A stretch of DNA of 53,091 nucleotides from Candidatus Bathyarchaeia archaeon (GTDB lineage Archaea > Thermoproteota > Bathyarchaeia > Bathyarchaeales > DTEX01), in assembly GCA_038820405.1 (NCBI GenBank), contig JAWAXL010000003.1, positions 1 to 53,091 of the forward strand. Reading direction: 5' to 3'. This document shows, one piece after another, positions 41,878 to 50,645 of the stretch. The notes under the pieces are model-generated. The model saw only the letters and a list, made by a program, of their open reading frames with translations. It made no database searches and was not told where the DNA came from. Within the stretch, counting starts at the first letter, position 1; each line of letters begins with the position of its first letter. The position numbers and the translations under genes are program-made.

Positions 41878-42999
41878 TTAAACACTTGAGATAACTATGT
41901 TTGCGAGAAGTAGAAAAAGCGATAGTAGGTTAAAGAATCTCTTTAATATGCTTCCCTCTTTGAGAAACTTTTCGGCCAGACATTGAAATATCTTGTCACC
42001 ATCAAGGTACGGTATGGGAAGCATATTAAATGCAGCAACGCTCATAAGAACTATGAAGAGCCAGTTTAATGCGAGATATAAGTGCGTGTCGATCGGATGA
42101 CCGAGCCCAAGCTTACTTGGGTAATATGGAATTGAGGAAACCAGCCCAACAATAGCATGCTCCTCTCCCTCAGGGCTAGGTGCGGCAGCTATAACAAAAT
42201 TCCCCTTACTAGTACTTATAATAATTTCCTCACCAGGCTTAACATTAGACATGAAATCCCTTAAATCTTGTAACGTATGAATTTCATGCCCATTTATGGC
42301 ATATATTACATCCCAGAATCCTATGCCCGTCCTGTAAAGCGGTCCTCCATCAAGCGTCTCTAAGACTATTAGTCCCGAGGGGATTTGTATAAATAAACTG
42401 GATAAAAGAAGGAAGACTATCAGGCCAGCAACTATATTTGATGATGATCCAGCCGAGAAAACCTTCATTTTAGCCTTAGATGAGGCTACGCTCAGCTCCT
42501 TCTCATCGGGCTCGATGAAGCCTCCTAAGAAAAACGCTAGTAATAATATTCCGGCCGACTTAACACTTATGCCCTCATTTATTGCCACTATTCCATGCGC
42601 TGCTTCATGAATGAAGATCGTAAGAATCACTGCTATCAGAAAATATGGTAGCCAGTATAATCTGAGGGTTACTCCTGGTATAACCAGCGTAACTGAGGAG
42701 AACATTTGGTTGAGAAGTGCTGCCCTTACAAGGTTCCATAGTAGAAAGGCTAGTGCTAAAACCATCAAAATAATGCCAATGAATATACTTGCCCAAGAAA
42801 AAATCCTCCATACTTTTCTCCATCTACATGAACACCTATAAAGGAGATTTCTAAACCTCTTTGATTCCCATTTAATTAGGAGTGGCCGAATATCTAACCC
42901 ATATTTGCTTAGAGATAATCTTCTACTAAGAAGATAAACCACTAACCAAAACGCTAGAAAGAAGAGCACAAATTCTAGAGTCTTATTCAAACCATTCAC
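41878..42999 (-). CDS. Site-2 (M50) membrane metalloprotease with PDZ-like domain; start approximate
   Basis: HEAAH, AGSSSN, FNMLPIPYLDG. Confidence 0.9.
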   Translation of the reverse strand: MNGLNKTLEFVLFFLAFWLVVYLLSRRLSLSKYGLDIRPLLIKWESKRFRNLLYRCSCRWRKVWRIFSWASIFIGIILMVLALAFLLWNLVRAALLNQMFSSVTLVIPGVTLRLYWLPYFLIAVILTIFIHEAAHGIVAINEGISVKSAGILLLAFFLGGFIEPDEKELSVASSKAKMKVFSAGSSSNIVAGLIVFLLLSSLFIQIPSGLIVLETLDGGPLYRTGIGFWDVIYAINGHEIHTLQDLRDFMSNVKPGEEIIISTSKGNFVIAAAPSPEGEEHAIVGLVSSIPYYPSKLGLGHPIDTHLYLALNWLFIVLMSVAAFNMLPIPYLDGDKIFQCLAEKFLKEGSILKRFFNLLSLFLLLANIVISSV

Positions 43000-43304
43000 C
43001 GATATGCATTTCCTCAACAAATAACTAAGGAGGTAAATAAATGTGTTAGGGTTAGAGATAAGCATTAAGGTTGTGGAAAGATGGAATATAAGCATGGCGG
43101 AACTGAATTTTAAGTGAATGGAAAGCAGGATATGACAAGAAAAATACTTAGGCGACTTAAAGTTAACAATATTATATCAACTCTGCTGTAATGGATTTTT
43201 ATGCCAAATTAAAGTCAATGAAATGTCAAAAAGAAAAAACAGCATAAAAACATATATTTACTCCCTTTAAAAATAACCTAAAAATATTTAGGTGTGGGAT
43301 TTAA

Positions 43305-44606
43305 ATGAACAATAGAGTTGTTATTGTGAGTGGTGTTAGAACAGCCATAGGGAACTTTGGCGGTTCTCTAAGGGATGTTCCAGTAGTTAAGCTTGGAAGC
43401 ATAGTTATTAAGGAGGCTCTTAAGAAGGTTGGCTTAAGACCAATAGTTGATGAAAAAATAAGGAAAAATGCACCAGCCCCATTTAAGGACGTTGGGATGA
43501 TAGATCTCGAGAAACAATATTACGACTACGATAACTCGCTCACTGGCGTATATATAGATGAGGTCATAATGGGGAACGTTCTTCAGGCCGGGCTTGGACA
43601 GAATACAGCGCGTCAAGCATCAATATACGCTGGAATACTAAAAGAGACACCCGCATTCACAGTTAATAAGGTTTGTGCCTCTGGATTGAAGGCAATAGCT
43701 CTTGGGGCTCAGGAAATAGCTCTTGGTGATGCTGAGATAGTCATTGCTGGCGGGATGGAAAACATGAGCCAAGTACCCTATGCATTGCCGAGGGCCCGCT
43801 GGGGATATAGGATGGACATCAATGTTAAAGCGGATTTAGTTGATCTAATGGTCCTAGATGGGCTTTGGGAGATATTTTATGGCTATCATATGGGCTTCAC
43901 TGCGGAGAATATAGCAGAAAAATATGGCATCTCCAGGAGAGAGCAAGATGAGATAGGCGTCTTAAGCCATCAGAGGGCTATAAAGGCGATAAAAGAGGGG
44001 ATATTTAAGGAGGAAATAGTCCCAGTCGTTCTTCCACCCGCGAAAAAGGGTGAACCACCCCGCATATTTGACACGGATGAGCGGCCGAGGGAGACAAGTC
44101 TTGAATTAATGGCTCAGCTACCACCAGTCTTCAAGAAGGATGGAACCGTAACTGCTGGAAACGCATGCGGCATTAACGATGCTGCAGCGGCAGTAGTCCT
44201 TATGAGTGAAGAAAAAGCTGAGGAGCTGGGCCTAAAACCGCTGGCGTATATTAAGTGCTATGCTTCAGGCGGGGTGGATCCAGCATATATGGGACTTGGC
44301 CCCGTTCCAGCCGTAAGAAAGGTCTTAGATAAGACTAGGTTAACCATAGATGACATAGATGTTGTGGAGCTTAATGAGGCGTTTGCAGCTCAGTTCATAG
44401 CGTGCCAGAGGGAACTTGGCCTAGACCTAAATAAAACTAACCTTCATGGAAGTAGTATATCCTTAGGGCATCCAATAGGCTGCACTGGCGCAAGACTTGT
44501 AGTCACGTTGATACATGAAATGAGAAGGAGAGGCCTTAAAAGAGGCTTAGCAACTCTCTGCATAGGCGGAGGGCAAGGAATGGCTATGCTGCTAGAGAGG
44601 TCTTAA
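43305..44606 (+). CDS. Acetyl-CoA C-acetyltransferase (bacterial-type thiolase)
   Basis: [34 protein letters not shown]. Confidence 0.95.
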   Translation: MNNRVVIVSGVRTAIGNFGGSLRDVPVVKLGSIVIKEALKKVGLRPIVDEKIRKNAPAPFKDVGMIDLEKQYYDYDNSLTGVYIDEVIMGNVLQAGLGQNTARQASIYAGILKETPAFTVNKVCASGLKAIALGAQEIALGDAEIVIAGGMENMSQVPYALPRARWGYRMDINVKADLVDLMVLDGLWEIFYGYHMGFTAENIAEKYGISRREQDEIGVLSHQRAIKAIKEGIFKEEIVPVVLPPAKKGEPPRIFDTDERPRETSLELMAQLPPVFKKDGTVTAGNACGINDAAAAVVLMSEEKAEELGLKPLAYIKCYASGGVDPAYMGLGPVPAVRKVLDKTRLTIDDIDVVELNEAFAAQFIACQRELGLDLNKTNLHGSSISLGHPIGCTGARLVVTLIHEMRRRGLKRGLATLCIGGGQGMAMLLERS

Positions 44607-44645
44607 GAGGCAGAATAAATAATATTGAGGAGAGGCGGAGAATAA

Positions 44646-45272
44646 ATGATATTAGAGAATGAAGTTATAAGAGCTATTAAGCAGCGGAGGACGATAAGGA
44701 GCTATCTACCTAATCCACATCCAAATGAACACATTTATGCAATACTTGATGCGGCCCGTTGGGCTCCATCCGCAGCTAATTTACAACCTTGGCAATTTAT
44801 AGTTGTAAGAGACGAAGACACGAGAAGGAAAATCCGAGATTTTGTTGAGGAGAATAGGAGACTTACTATTGAGGTTAGGGAGGAGCCATTTAAAACAGGG
44901 TTCTCAAAATATAAGAGTGAGTGGATAAGCGAGGCGCCTATTCATATTGTTGTCTGCGCCGATCCAAAAGGAACTGGACCTCACGTGGGTGGTGAAGAAA
45001 CCTATAAGTATGGAGCCAGTGCGGCGATCCAAAACCTGATGCTGGCAGCTTACTCTCTGGGTTTAGGAACATGTTGGTTAACAATGTTTGATAAAGACAA
45101 GCTTAGGGAAATTCTGGGAATCCCTTCAGACATAGATATAATAGGCGTAATAACGGTAGGCTATCCGAAAGAGATTCCGGTAGTTCCTGAAACCTCTAAA
45201 AGATATGGTACAAAGCCTAGACGAGATTTATCTGAAATGGTATTTTATGAGAAATATGGAAAAACTTGCTGA
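44646..45272 (+). CDS. Nitroreductase-family flavoprotein
   Basis: RRTIRSY, APSAANLQPWQF, QNLMLAAYSLGLGTCW. Confidence 0.9.
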   Translation: MILENEVIRAIKQRRTIRSYLPNPHPNEHIYAILDAARWAPSAANLQPWQFIVVRDEDTRRKIRDFVEENRRLTIEVREEPFKTGFSKYKSEWISEAPIHIVVCADPKGTGPHVGGEETYKYGASAAIQNLMLAAYSLGLGTCWLTMFDKDKLREILGIPSDIDIIGVITVGYPKEIPVVPETSKRYGTKPRRDLSEMVFYEKYGKTC

Positions 45273-45302
45273 ATTGATAAATGAGAAGTAGAGAATATAT
45301 TT

Positions 45303-46022
45303 TTGAGGTTATTGATTTTGGCTAAGAAGCCTTTAGTTAGAGCTGAGAGAATTGAGGTTAATTATAGTGCTGAGCATTGGAGGTTGCTAAGAAATCTAAG
45401 GACTAAGGCAATGAATATTATGGAGACGCTTGAAAAATTTAATATACCCTGCATTGTCCATGGCAGCATTGTCCGTGGGGATGTATCACCTAAAAGCGAT
45501 ATAGATATATTTGTCCCGGAAATTTACTCATCATTTACAATCGAGAGTGCATTAAGGCTATCCGGCTTCCCAATTATTAGGCGGGTAATTGTTCAGGCAA
45601 CCCCCTTTTATGCAGTTAAAGGTTATATTGAAATTGATGAGCAAACATGTGTGTCATTCCCACTCTCAAAGATGAGGATGATTGAGGAGGAATTTTATGA
45701 ATTTAATGGTAAAGCAACCTTGGAGATTTTGAGAAAGGGCGTTAGGATACCTGGGGTTGATAAGAGATTAATGCTTGTAGAGCCAACTGAGAATGGTCAT
45801 ATTGAGAGCAGCATTATTGGACAGGAGGAAAAGGTAGCTAAGCTGCTTGGAATATCTGTGGAAACTGTCCTCAACAGGGTTCATGTGCTCATGCGTCGTG
45901 ACTCTGTTGGAAGAACAGGGCTGTTTATTGAGAGGGAGCTAGCGCCTGATGAGACATTTGAAATGGTATTGAATAGGTTAGCAGACAAAAACCCAGCCCT
46001 ACGAAGAAGATTAAAAGAATAG
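45303..46022 (+). CDS. Archaeal predicted nucleotidyltransferase (COG2413-like)
   Basis: VHGSIVRGDVSPKSDIDI, VQATP, GVDKRL, GRTGLF. Confidence 0.85.
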   Translation: MRLLILAKKPLVRAERIEVNYSAEHWRLLRNLRTKAMNIMETLEKFNIPCIVHGSIVRGDVSPKSDIDIFVPEIYSSFTIESALRLSGFPIIRRVIVQATPFYAVKGYIEIDEQTCVSFPLSKMRMIEEEFYEFNGKATLEILRKGVRIPGVDKRLMLVEPTENGHIESSIIGQEEKVAKLLGISVETVLNRVHVLMRRDSVGRTGLFIERELAPDETFEMVLNRLADKNPALRRRLKE

Positions 46023-46038
46023 TTAAGAAAACTTATTC

Positions 46039-46971
46039 TTACAATAGCCCTTTCAGATAAATTTTGAATGGGCCTAGCTTACCTCCATAGTTTCCTGCGG
46101 ATATCTTAATCACTCCGGGGGTTTCGGCGGCAGCCTTAATGCCCTCAGCCATGGCAGCCTTAACGTTATCTAGGCTTAACCCATTTATCACTATCTCATA
46201 TATTGCATTAACTCCTTCTGGAACTCTCGTATCCTCAACAACACCCCTCAGTTTTGGACAATAATAGTGGTTTGTTGATGCAGGAATTTTATATTTTAGT
46301 GAGCCAACCTTTGAGCCGGAGCGGCATATACCCCCAGGAAATGGCATAATCACATCATTAACTTTTTTCTTTATGGCTTCAACGGCTGCCTCAGCTGCTG
46401 CTAGACAAGACTTTAAGTCCCTTGCCATTATAAAAAAGTTCCCTCCAGCTACGCCCCTCTTTGTGCCGAAGCTATTTTCAACTAAGAATTCGCCTTCCAT
46501 CACCGGTATACGCCACATCTTCCGGCCATATAACTCATCTAGTTTCTGGAAACCATCGCCGAAGTACCGTAGGCTCCTTCCAACCTTAAGTTTCCTAGGG
46601 GTTCCTTCTAGAGCGTTAAAGGCTGCTGTTGTCGGACATGTCATCACGCACTGCCCTATCCTGGCTATCATCTGCTTCTTTAAGTCGCCTTTTGTGCGGT
46701 GGTAAAAATGCACTAGTACGCCTGTCCTCCCATCCGGGGTCTCCTTCGGTGGTACGAGACGCTCTATTCCTGCTTCAGCTGGAGAGCCTATTATTGACGA
46801 TGCGAAGCCAGCGACACTTTCAGCTGCCCTCAAAGCCCACTTCTCATTCTCAGCCGTTATCAAAATCCTGCTAACCCACATCTCAAATGCTTCTGCAAAA
46901 GTATCCTCAACCTCAATATTACGATAGGTAAGAGTGGACAACCGCACACGCTCCGTGACTCGTATATTCAA
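46039..46971 (-). CDS. ftr: Formylmethanofuran--H4MPT formyltransferase; start probably TTG 46941
   Basis: EDTFAEAF, TPDGR, RIGQCVMTCPTT, FPGGICRSGSK, AGNYGGKLG. Confidence 0.96.
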   Translation of the reverse strand: MNIRVTERVRLSTLTYRNIEVEDTFAEAFEMWVSRILITAENEKWALRAAESVAGFASSIIGSPAEAGIERLVPPKETPDGRTGVLVHFYHRTKGDLKKQMIARIGQCVMTCPTTAAFNALEGTPRKLKVGRSLRYFGDGFQKLDELYGRKMWRIPVMEGEFLVENSFGTKRGVAGGNFFIMARDLKSCLAAAEAAVEAIKKKVNDVIMPFPGGICRSGSKVGSLKYKIPASTNHYYCPKLRGVVEDTRVPEGVNAIYEIVINGLSLDNVKAAMAEGIKAAAETPGVIKISAGNYGGKLGPFKIYLKGLL

Positions 46972-47324
46972 TATTAAACTTTAACATTTCATGCGTTCTT
47001 ATAAGGTTTTCTGGGAGTTTCTACTTGTAATGAAGCGTCTAATCGTGAGGAGAGAAGGGCTAGGAAGATGCTACTAAAATGAAAGATAATTAGCGCTGAG
47101 GAGGTCCTTAAAGTGGATTGCAAATCCTCTTTTTTCTATCTAGTTTCCATGAGTAATGGGCTAAGGTATGATTGGGATCGGATTTGGACGTCCACGTTTA
47201 TCACCATCCTCATTTCTGTAATACTGAAGCAGAATGCTCTCTAAAGTGTCTAGGGAATCTTTATTTAGAAAAAGATTTAATCCGCTAGGCATAACTACTA
47301 GTAAATACAACGGATGGGTCAAAT

Positions 47325-47714
47325 ATGGAGTTCACTCTAATCACCGGCAGATCAATCGATCAGGGGAAATATAAAGAGCATGCTAAACTCACCGAGAAAT
47401 ATAAGGCAAGCGTAGCTCTCTGTGAGATGCACGTTGAGGATATGAGAAAGCTAGGTATAAGAGATGGGGATAACGTTAAGATTATAACGGATTTTGGATT
47501 CGTTGTTGTTACAGCAAAGAGGTCTAAGAGAATAAGGACTCCTGGAATAGTTTTCATACCATTTGGCCCGTGGGTTAACTCAATATTACCATCTGAAACT
47601 GAGGGAACTGGAATGCCACATCTTAAGGGGTTTAAGGTTAAAATTGAGCCAACAAATGAGCCAGTTCCAGATATAAAGAAATTACTATTAAAAACGTATG
47701 GAATTAAGAAATAG
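47325..47714 (+). CDS. fwdD: Formylmethanofuran dehydrogenase subunit D
   Basis: LITGRSIDQG, FIPFGPWVN, GTGMPHLKG. Confidence 0.92.
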   Translation: MEFTLITGRSIDQGKYKEHAKLTEKYKASVALCEMHVEDMRKLGIRDGDNVKIITDFGFVVVTAKRSKRIRTPGIVFIPFGPWVNSILPSETEGTGMPHLKGFKVKIEPTNEPVPDIKKLLLKTYGIKK

Positions 47715-47724
47715 GGGTGAGTTA

Positions 47725-49161
47725 ATGCCTGTAGTTTCGGGGGTTTTATGTCCGTTTTGTGGGTGCTGCTGTGATGACCTTGAGATAATAGTTGAGGATA
47801 ATAAGGTTATCGACGTCAGGAATGCATGCGCCTTAGGCGCCTCAAAATTTATGGAGTATTCCTCACATAGGAACACTAAACCCCTCATAAGGAAGAATAG
47901 CGAGCTAGTAGAGACAATACTTAATGAGGCTATAAAGCGGTGCGCAGAGGTCCTAGCAGAAGCATCCTATCCACTCCTATATGGATGGAGTAACACCAGC
48001 TGTGAAGCAATAAAGGTTGGCTTAGAGCTCGCAGAGGAAGTTGGCGGCGTCATAGATAATACAACAACTACCTGCCATGGACCATCTATTCTAGCGATCC
48101 AGGAGGTTGGCATACCCGGATGCACACTTGGGCAGATAAGGCATAGGGCTGACCTAATCATATATTGGGGCAGCAACCCATGGAGCGCCCACCCACGCCA
48201 CATAGAACGCTACACGGCGCTATCTGAGGGGAGATTCCAGCGGGCTGCATGGAAGCGCTATCTATCGCGTTTAATCCTTGAATCCGCTAGGAAGAGGCGC
48301 TATAGGGTAGCTGGGAGAGTCCTGAAAGGAGGTGCTATAACATTACCCTCCGAGGAAGAAAAAGAATGGATGTTGCCCCCACCGGGGGAAAGAAAGCTGG
48401 TCGTCGTAGACGTTCAGAAGACTAGGACGGCAGACCTAGCCGACATATTCATTAAGGTTGAGCCTGGGGGGGACTACGACGTCCTACAAGCTCTTAGGGC
48501 TCTTATACGCGATGAGGAGCTCGATGTGGATAGCGTCGCAGGAGTTCCAATTGAGAGGCTTGAGGAGCTTGCTGACATCATGGTTAACTGTAGGTTTGGC
48601 ATACTTTTCTTCGGACTCGGTTTAACAATGAGTACTGGAAAATCTAGGAATATTGAGGCTGCCATAAAGTTGACTAGGGATTTAAACAGATACACAAAAT
48701 TCCTCATCATGCCCATGAGGGGCCACTTCAACGTGACTGGGGCAAACATTGTCTCCACCTGGCAGACTGGATATCCATATGCCGTAGACTTCTCGCATGG
48801 GTATCCAAGGTATAATCCGGGTGAGACTTCGGCCATAGATATCTTGTCAAGGGGAGATGCTGATGCAATGCTCGTCGTCGCCTCCGACCCGGCTTCAAGC
48901 TTTCCAAAAAAGGCTGTTGAACACCTTGCTAAGATACCGCTTGTGGTTATTGATCCATGCATGACGCCTACAGCGCTTATGGCTGATGTAGTTATTCCAT
49001 CGGCATTTGTTGGGATAGAAGCTGAGGGGACAACATACCGTATGGATCATGTTCCGCTCCCATTAAAAAGGATTGTTGAGCCGCCTGAAGGTATCCTCCC
49101 AGACGAGATAATACTCTGTAGGATTCTTCATGAGGTAAGAGAGATCAAGGGAAAAGCGTAG
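47725..49161 (+). CDS. fwdB: Formylmethanofuran dehydrogenase subunit B (Cys type)
   Basis: CPFCGCCCDD, CHGP, MRGHFNVTG, PRYNPGE, YRMD. Confidence 0.95.
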   Translation: MPVVSGVLCPFCGCCCDDLEIIVEDNKVIDVRNACALGASKFMEYSSHRNTKPLIRKNSELVETILNEAIKRCAEVLAEASYPLLYGWSNTSCEAIKVGLELAEEVGGVIDNTTTTCHGPSILAIQEVGIPGCTLGQIRHRADLIIYWGSNPWSAHPRHIERYTALSEGRFQRAAWKRYLSRLILESARKRRYRVAGRVLKGGAITLPSEEEKEWMLPPPGERKLVVVDVQKTRTADLADIFIKVEPGGDYDVLQALRALIRDEELDVDSVAGVPIERLEELADIMVNCRFGILFFGLGLTMSTGKSRNIEAAIKLTRDLNRYTKFLIMPMRGHFNVTGANIVSTWQTGYPYAVDFSHGYPRYNPGETSAIDILSRGDADAMLVVASDPASSFPKKAVEHLAKIPLVVIDPCMTPTALMADVVIPSAFVGIEAEGTTYRMDHVPLPLKRIVEPPEGILPDEIILCRILHEVREIKGKA

Positions 49162-49196
49162 GCCAAAAAGATTCTCCTTCTAAAAAGGAGAAACCT

Positions 49197-49204
49197 TTTT
49201 AAAT
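49197..49204 (+). promoter_or_regulatory. TATA box candidate for the queT leader
   Basis: TTTTAAAT preceded by purine-rich GGAGAAA; would put the TSS near 49226, the first base of the structured RNA. Confidence 0.5.
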
Positions 49205-49225
49205 TTCTTTATATAGCCTATATAC

Positions 49226-49330
49226 TGGCTAGGCGGGTTGAGCTCCGCCTCCACCCAAGATGTGGCAAGCCTTCAGATGATAAGGCAGCCAAAATGGGAA
49301 ATCAACCAGCCTCCGCAGAATGTGGAGGTG
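49226..49330 (+). ncRNA. Structured 5' leader, candidate riboswitch
   Basis: Four-way junction P1-P4, SD-sequestering hairpin and alternative 10/11-bp helix (see findings). Confidence 0.65.
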
Positions 49331-49335
49331 TAATA

Positions 49336-49839
49336 ATGAAGTTCACATCAAAGGATATATCGTTGATTATAGCTTTTGCAACACTCTATATTATAGCGGT
49401 TATCGTGTTAGCACCAGTAAGTTTCTATGTGTGGCAGATTAGGGTTGCTGATGCAATGCTCCCCCTCTCGATGATCTTTGGTATGCCATGTACCTTGGGT
49501 TTAAGCTTAGGCTGCATTGTGGGAAACATATATGGCGGCTTGGGTCTAATAGACATTATCGGAGGCTCAATAGCAAACTTCCTAGCCTGCCTCGCGGCAT
49601 ACCAACTAGGAAAGAAAAATGGTATAATTATGAGGTTTATTGGCTCCCTCGCCGAGACGGTAATTGTCACAGCTATTGTAGGCATGTACCTCTCATATTT
49701 ACTCAATATACCACTAGAACTAAGTTTACTAGGGATTTTTGTAGGCTCACTCATTTCCATAAACTTAATAGGGTTCACCCTTGAAGAAATAATAAGGAAA
49801 ATCCACATTCCAAGTAATAAGAAATGCTCCACAATATGA
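49336..49839 (+). CDS. queT: QueT-family (ECF S-component-like) transporter; start at ATG 49336 after SD GGAGGTG
   Basis: FATLY...LAPVSFYVWQIRVADAMLPL, GLSLGCIVGN, GLIDIIGGS. Confidence 0.85.
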   Translation: MKFTSKDISLIIAFATLYIIAVIVLAPVSFYVWQIRVADAMLPLSMIFGMPCTLGLSLGCIVGNIYGGLGLIDIIGGSIANFLACLAAYQLGKKNGIIMRFIGSLAETVIVTAIVGMYLSYLLNIPLELSLLGIFVGSLISINLIGFTLEEIIRKIHIPSNKKCSTI

Positions 49840-49856
49840 AAAAGAGGGTGGAAAAT

Positions 49857-50228
49857 TTAGGTTTTGGTTATAGTATGCATTTTTCCTAAGATACTCGCCA
49901 CTTTTGCCGCCACGATTTTTGGCATGAAGTAGCTCAATGTCAATATTATTCCCCATACAGCGACCGTTACCGCGGTCATCGCTGTCCCAATAGTTGCTAT
50001 TTCATAGAACATTACTGGCATATCTATTGGATTAGTCATTGCCGTTAGGAATGGCGGCCATGGAACGAGCTCACCATGCCATGCATGTTCCAGCGCTAGT
50101 AGCACTGCACCTCCCCAGAGTAGAGTATTGAGGATCCAGAGCTTCAGCCTCTCAGCTGCGCTCCTTGAAACTTTCTGTATAACGGAGAATATTATCGCCA
50201 GGACCATTGGTGCTAGAAAGCAAGCCAT
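49857..50228 (-). CDS. Small hypothetical membrane protein (~3 TM)
   Basis: MACFLAP...LWGGAVLLALEHAWHGE...PPFLTAM; SD GGTGAG upstream. Confidence 0.8.
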   Translation of the reverse strand: MACFLAPMVLAIIFSVIQKVSRSAAERLKLWILNTLLWGGAVLLALEHAWHGELVPWPPFLTAMTNPIDMPVMFYEIATIGTAMTAVTVAVWGIILTLSYFMPKIVAAKVASILGKMHTITKT

Positions 50229-50238
50229 TTATCTCACC

Positions 50239-50271
50239 CGTAACACAAATCTTATATTACGTAACACCAAT
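50239..50271. repeat. Direct repeat with 21-bp period between divergent genes
   Basis: CGTAACACAAAT (50239) and CGTAACACCAAT (50260). Confidence 0.7.
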
Positions 50272-50294
50272 ATAAAATTATCGGTGAATGGCAT

Positions 50295-50582
50295 ATGTGG
50301 CTTATCATTCTAGCTTTTGCAGCCGCGCTATCTACTATAATATGGTATTCAAAGGCGGAAGATGACAAATATATGCTTAAGCTTCTTTGTCTTATACTCT
50401 GGGGGGCAACAATAATGGTTCTAATAGATCATACAATGGGCTATTTTACAGAGGGTGGAGAATTCCTTGAAATGACTCCTGAGGCTGTTGCCTTAGGCTT
50501 CATAATGCTAACAGCGGCTCTCATTCTATGGGAAATAATACTGCTATTTAAAGATCCGAAAAGAGTAATCTATAAAAAGTAG
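50295..50582 (+). CDS. Small hypothetical membrane protein (~3 TM), similar to its divergent neighbour
   Basis: LKLLCLILWGATIMVLIDH; SD GGTGA upstream. Confidence 0.8.
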   Translation: MWLIILAFAAALSTIIWYSKAEDDKYMLKLLCLILWGATIMVLIDHTMGYFTEGGEFLEMTPEAVALGFIMLTAALILWEIILLFKDPKRVIYKK

Positions 50583-50645
50583 CATCCTTTGAGTAGGATA
50601 TTCTTTTATATATTTCACCTGAACTTTATAAAGAGGTGAAAACGG

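Noticed and set aside
46990-47245. Possible gene remnant between ftr and fwdD (similar spacers at 11400-11600, 51450-51680, 52140-52420)
   Set aside because: Coding-like patches are present, but I could not assign a family by eye; a frameshift-aware search is needed.
48070-48084. Selenocysteine in FwdB
   Set aside because: The active-site codon is TGC (CHGP), not TGA.
49294-49335. N-terminal extension of QueT from ATG 49294
   Set aside because: A strong SD precedes ATG 49336, and the extension lies inside the structured leader.
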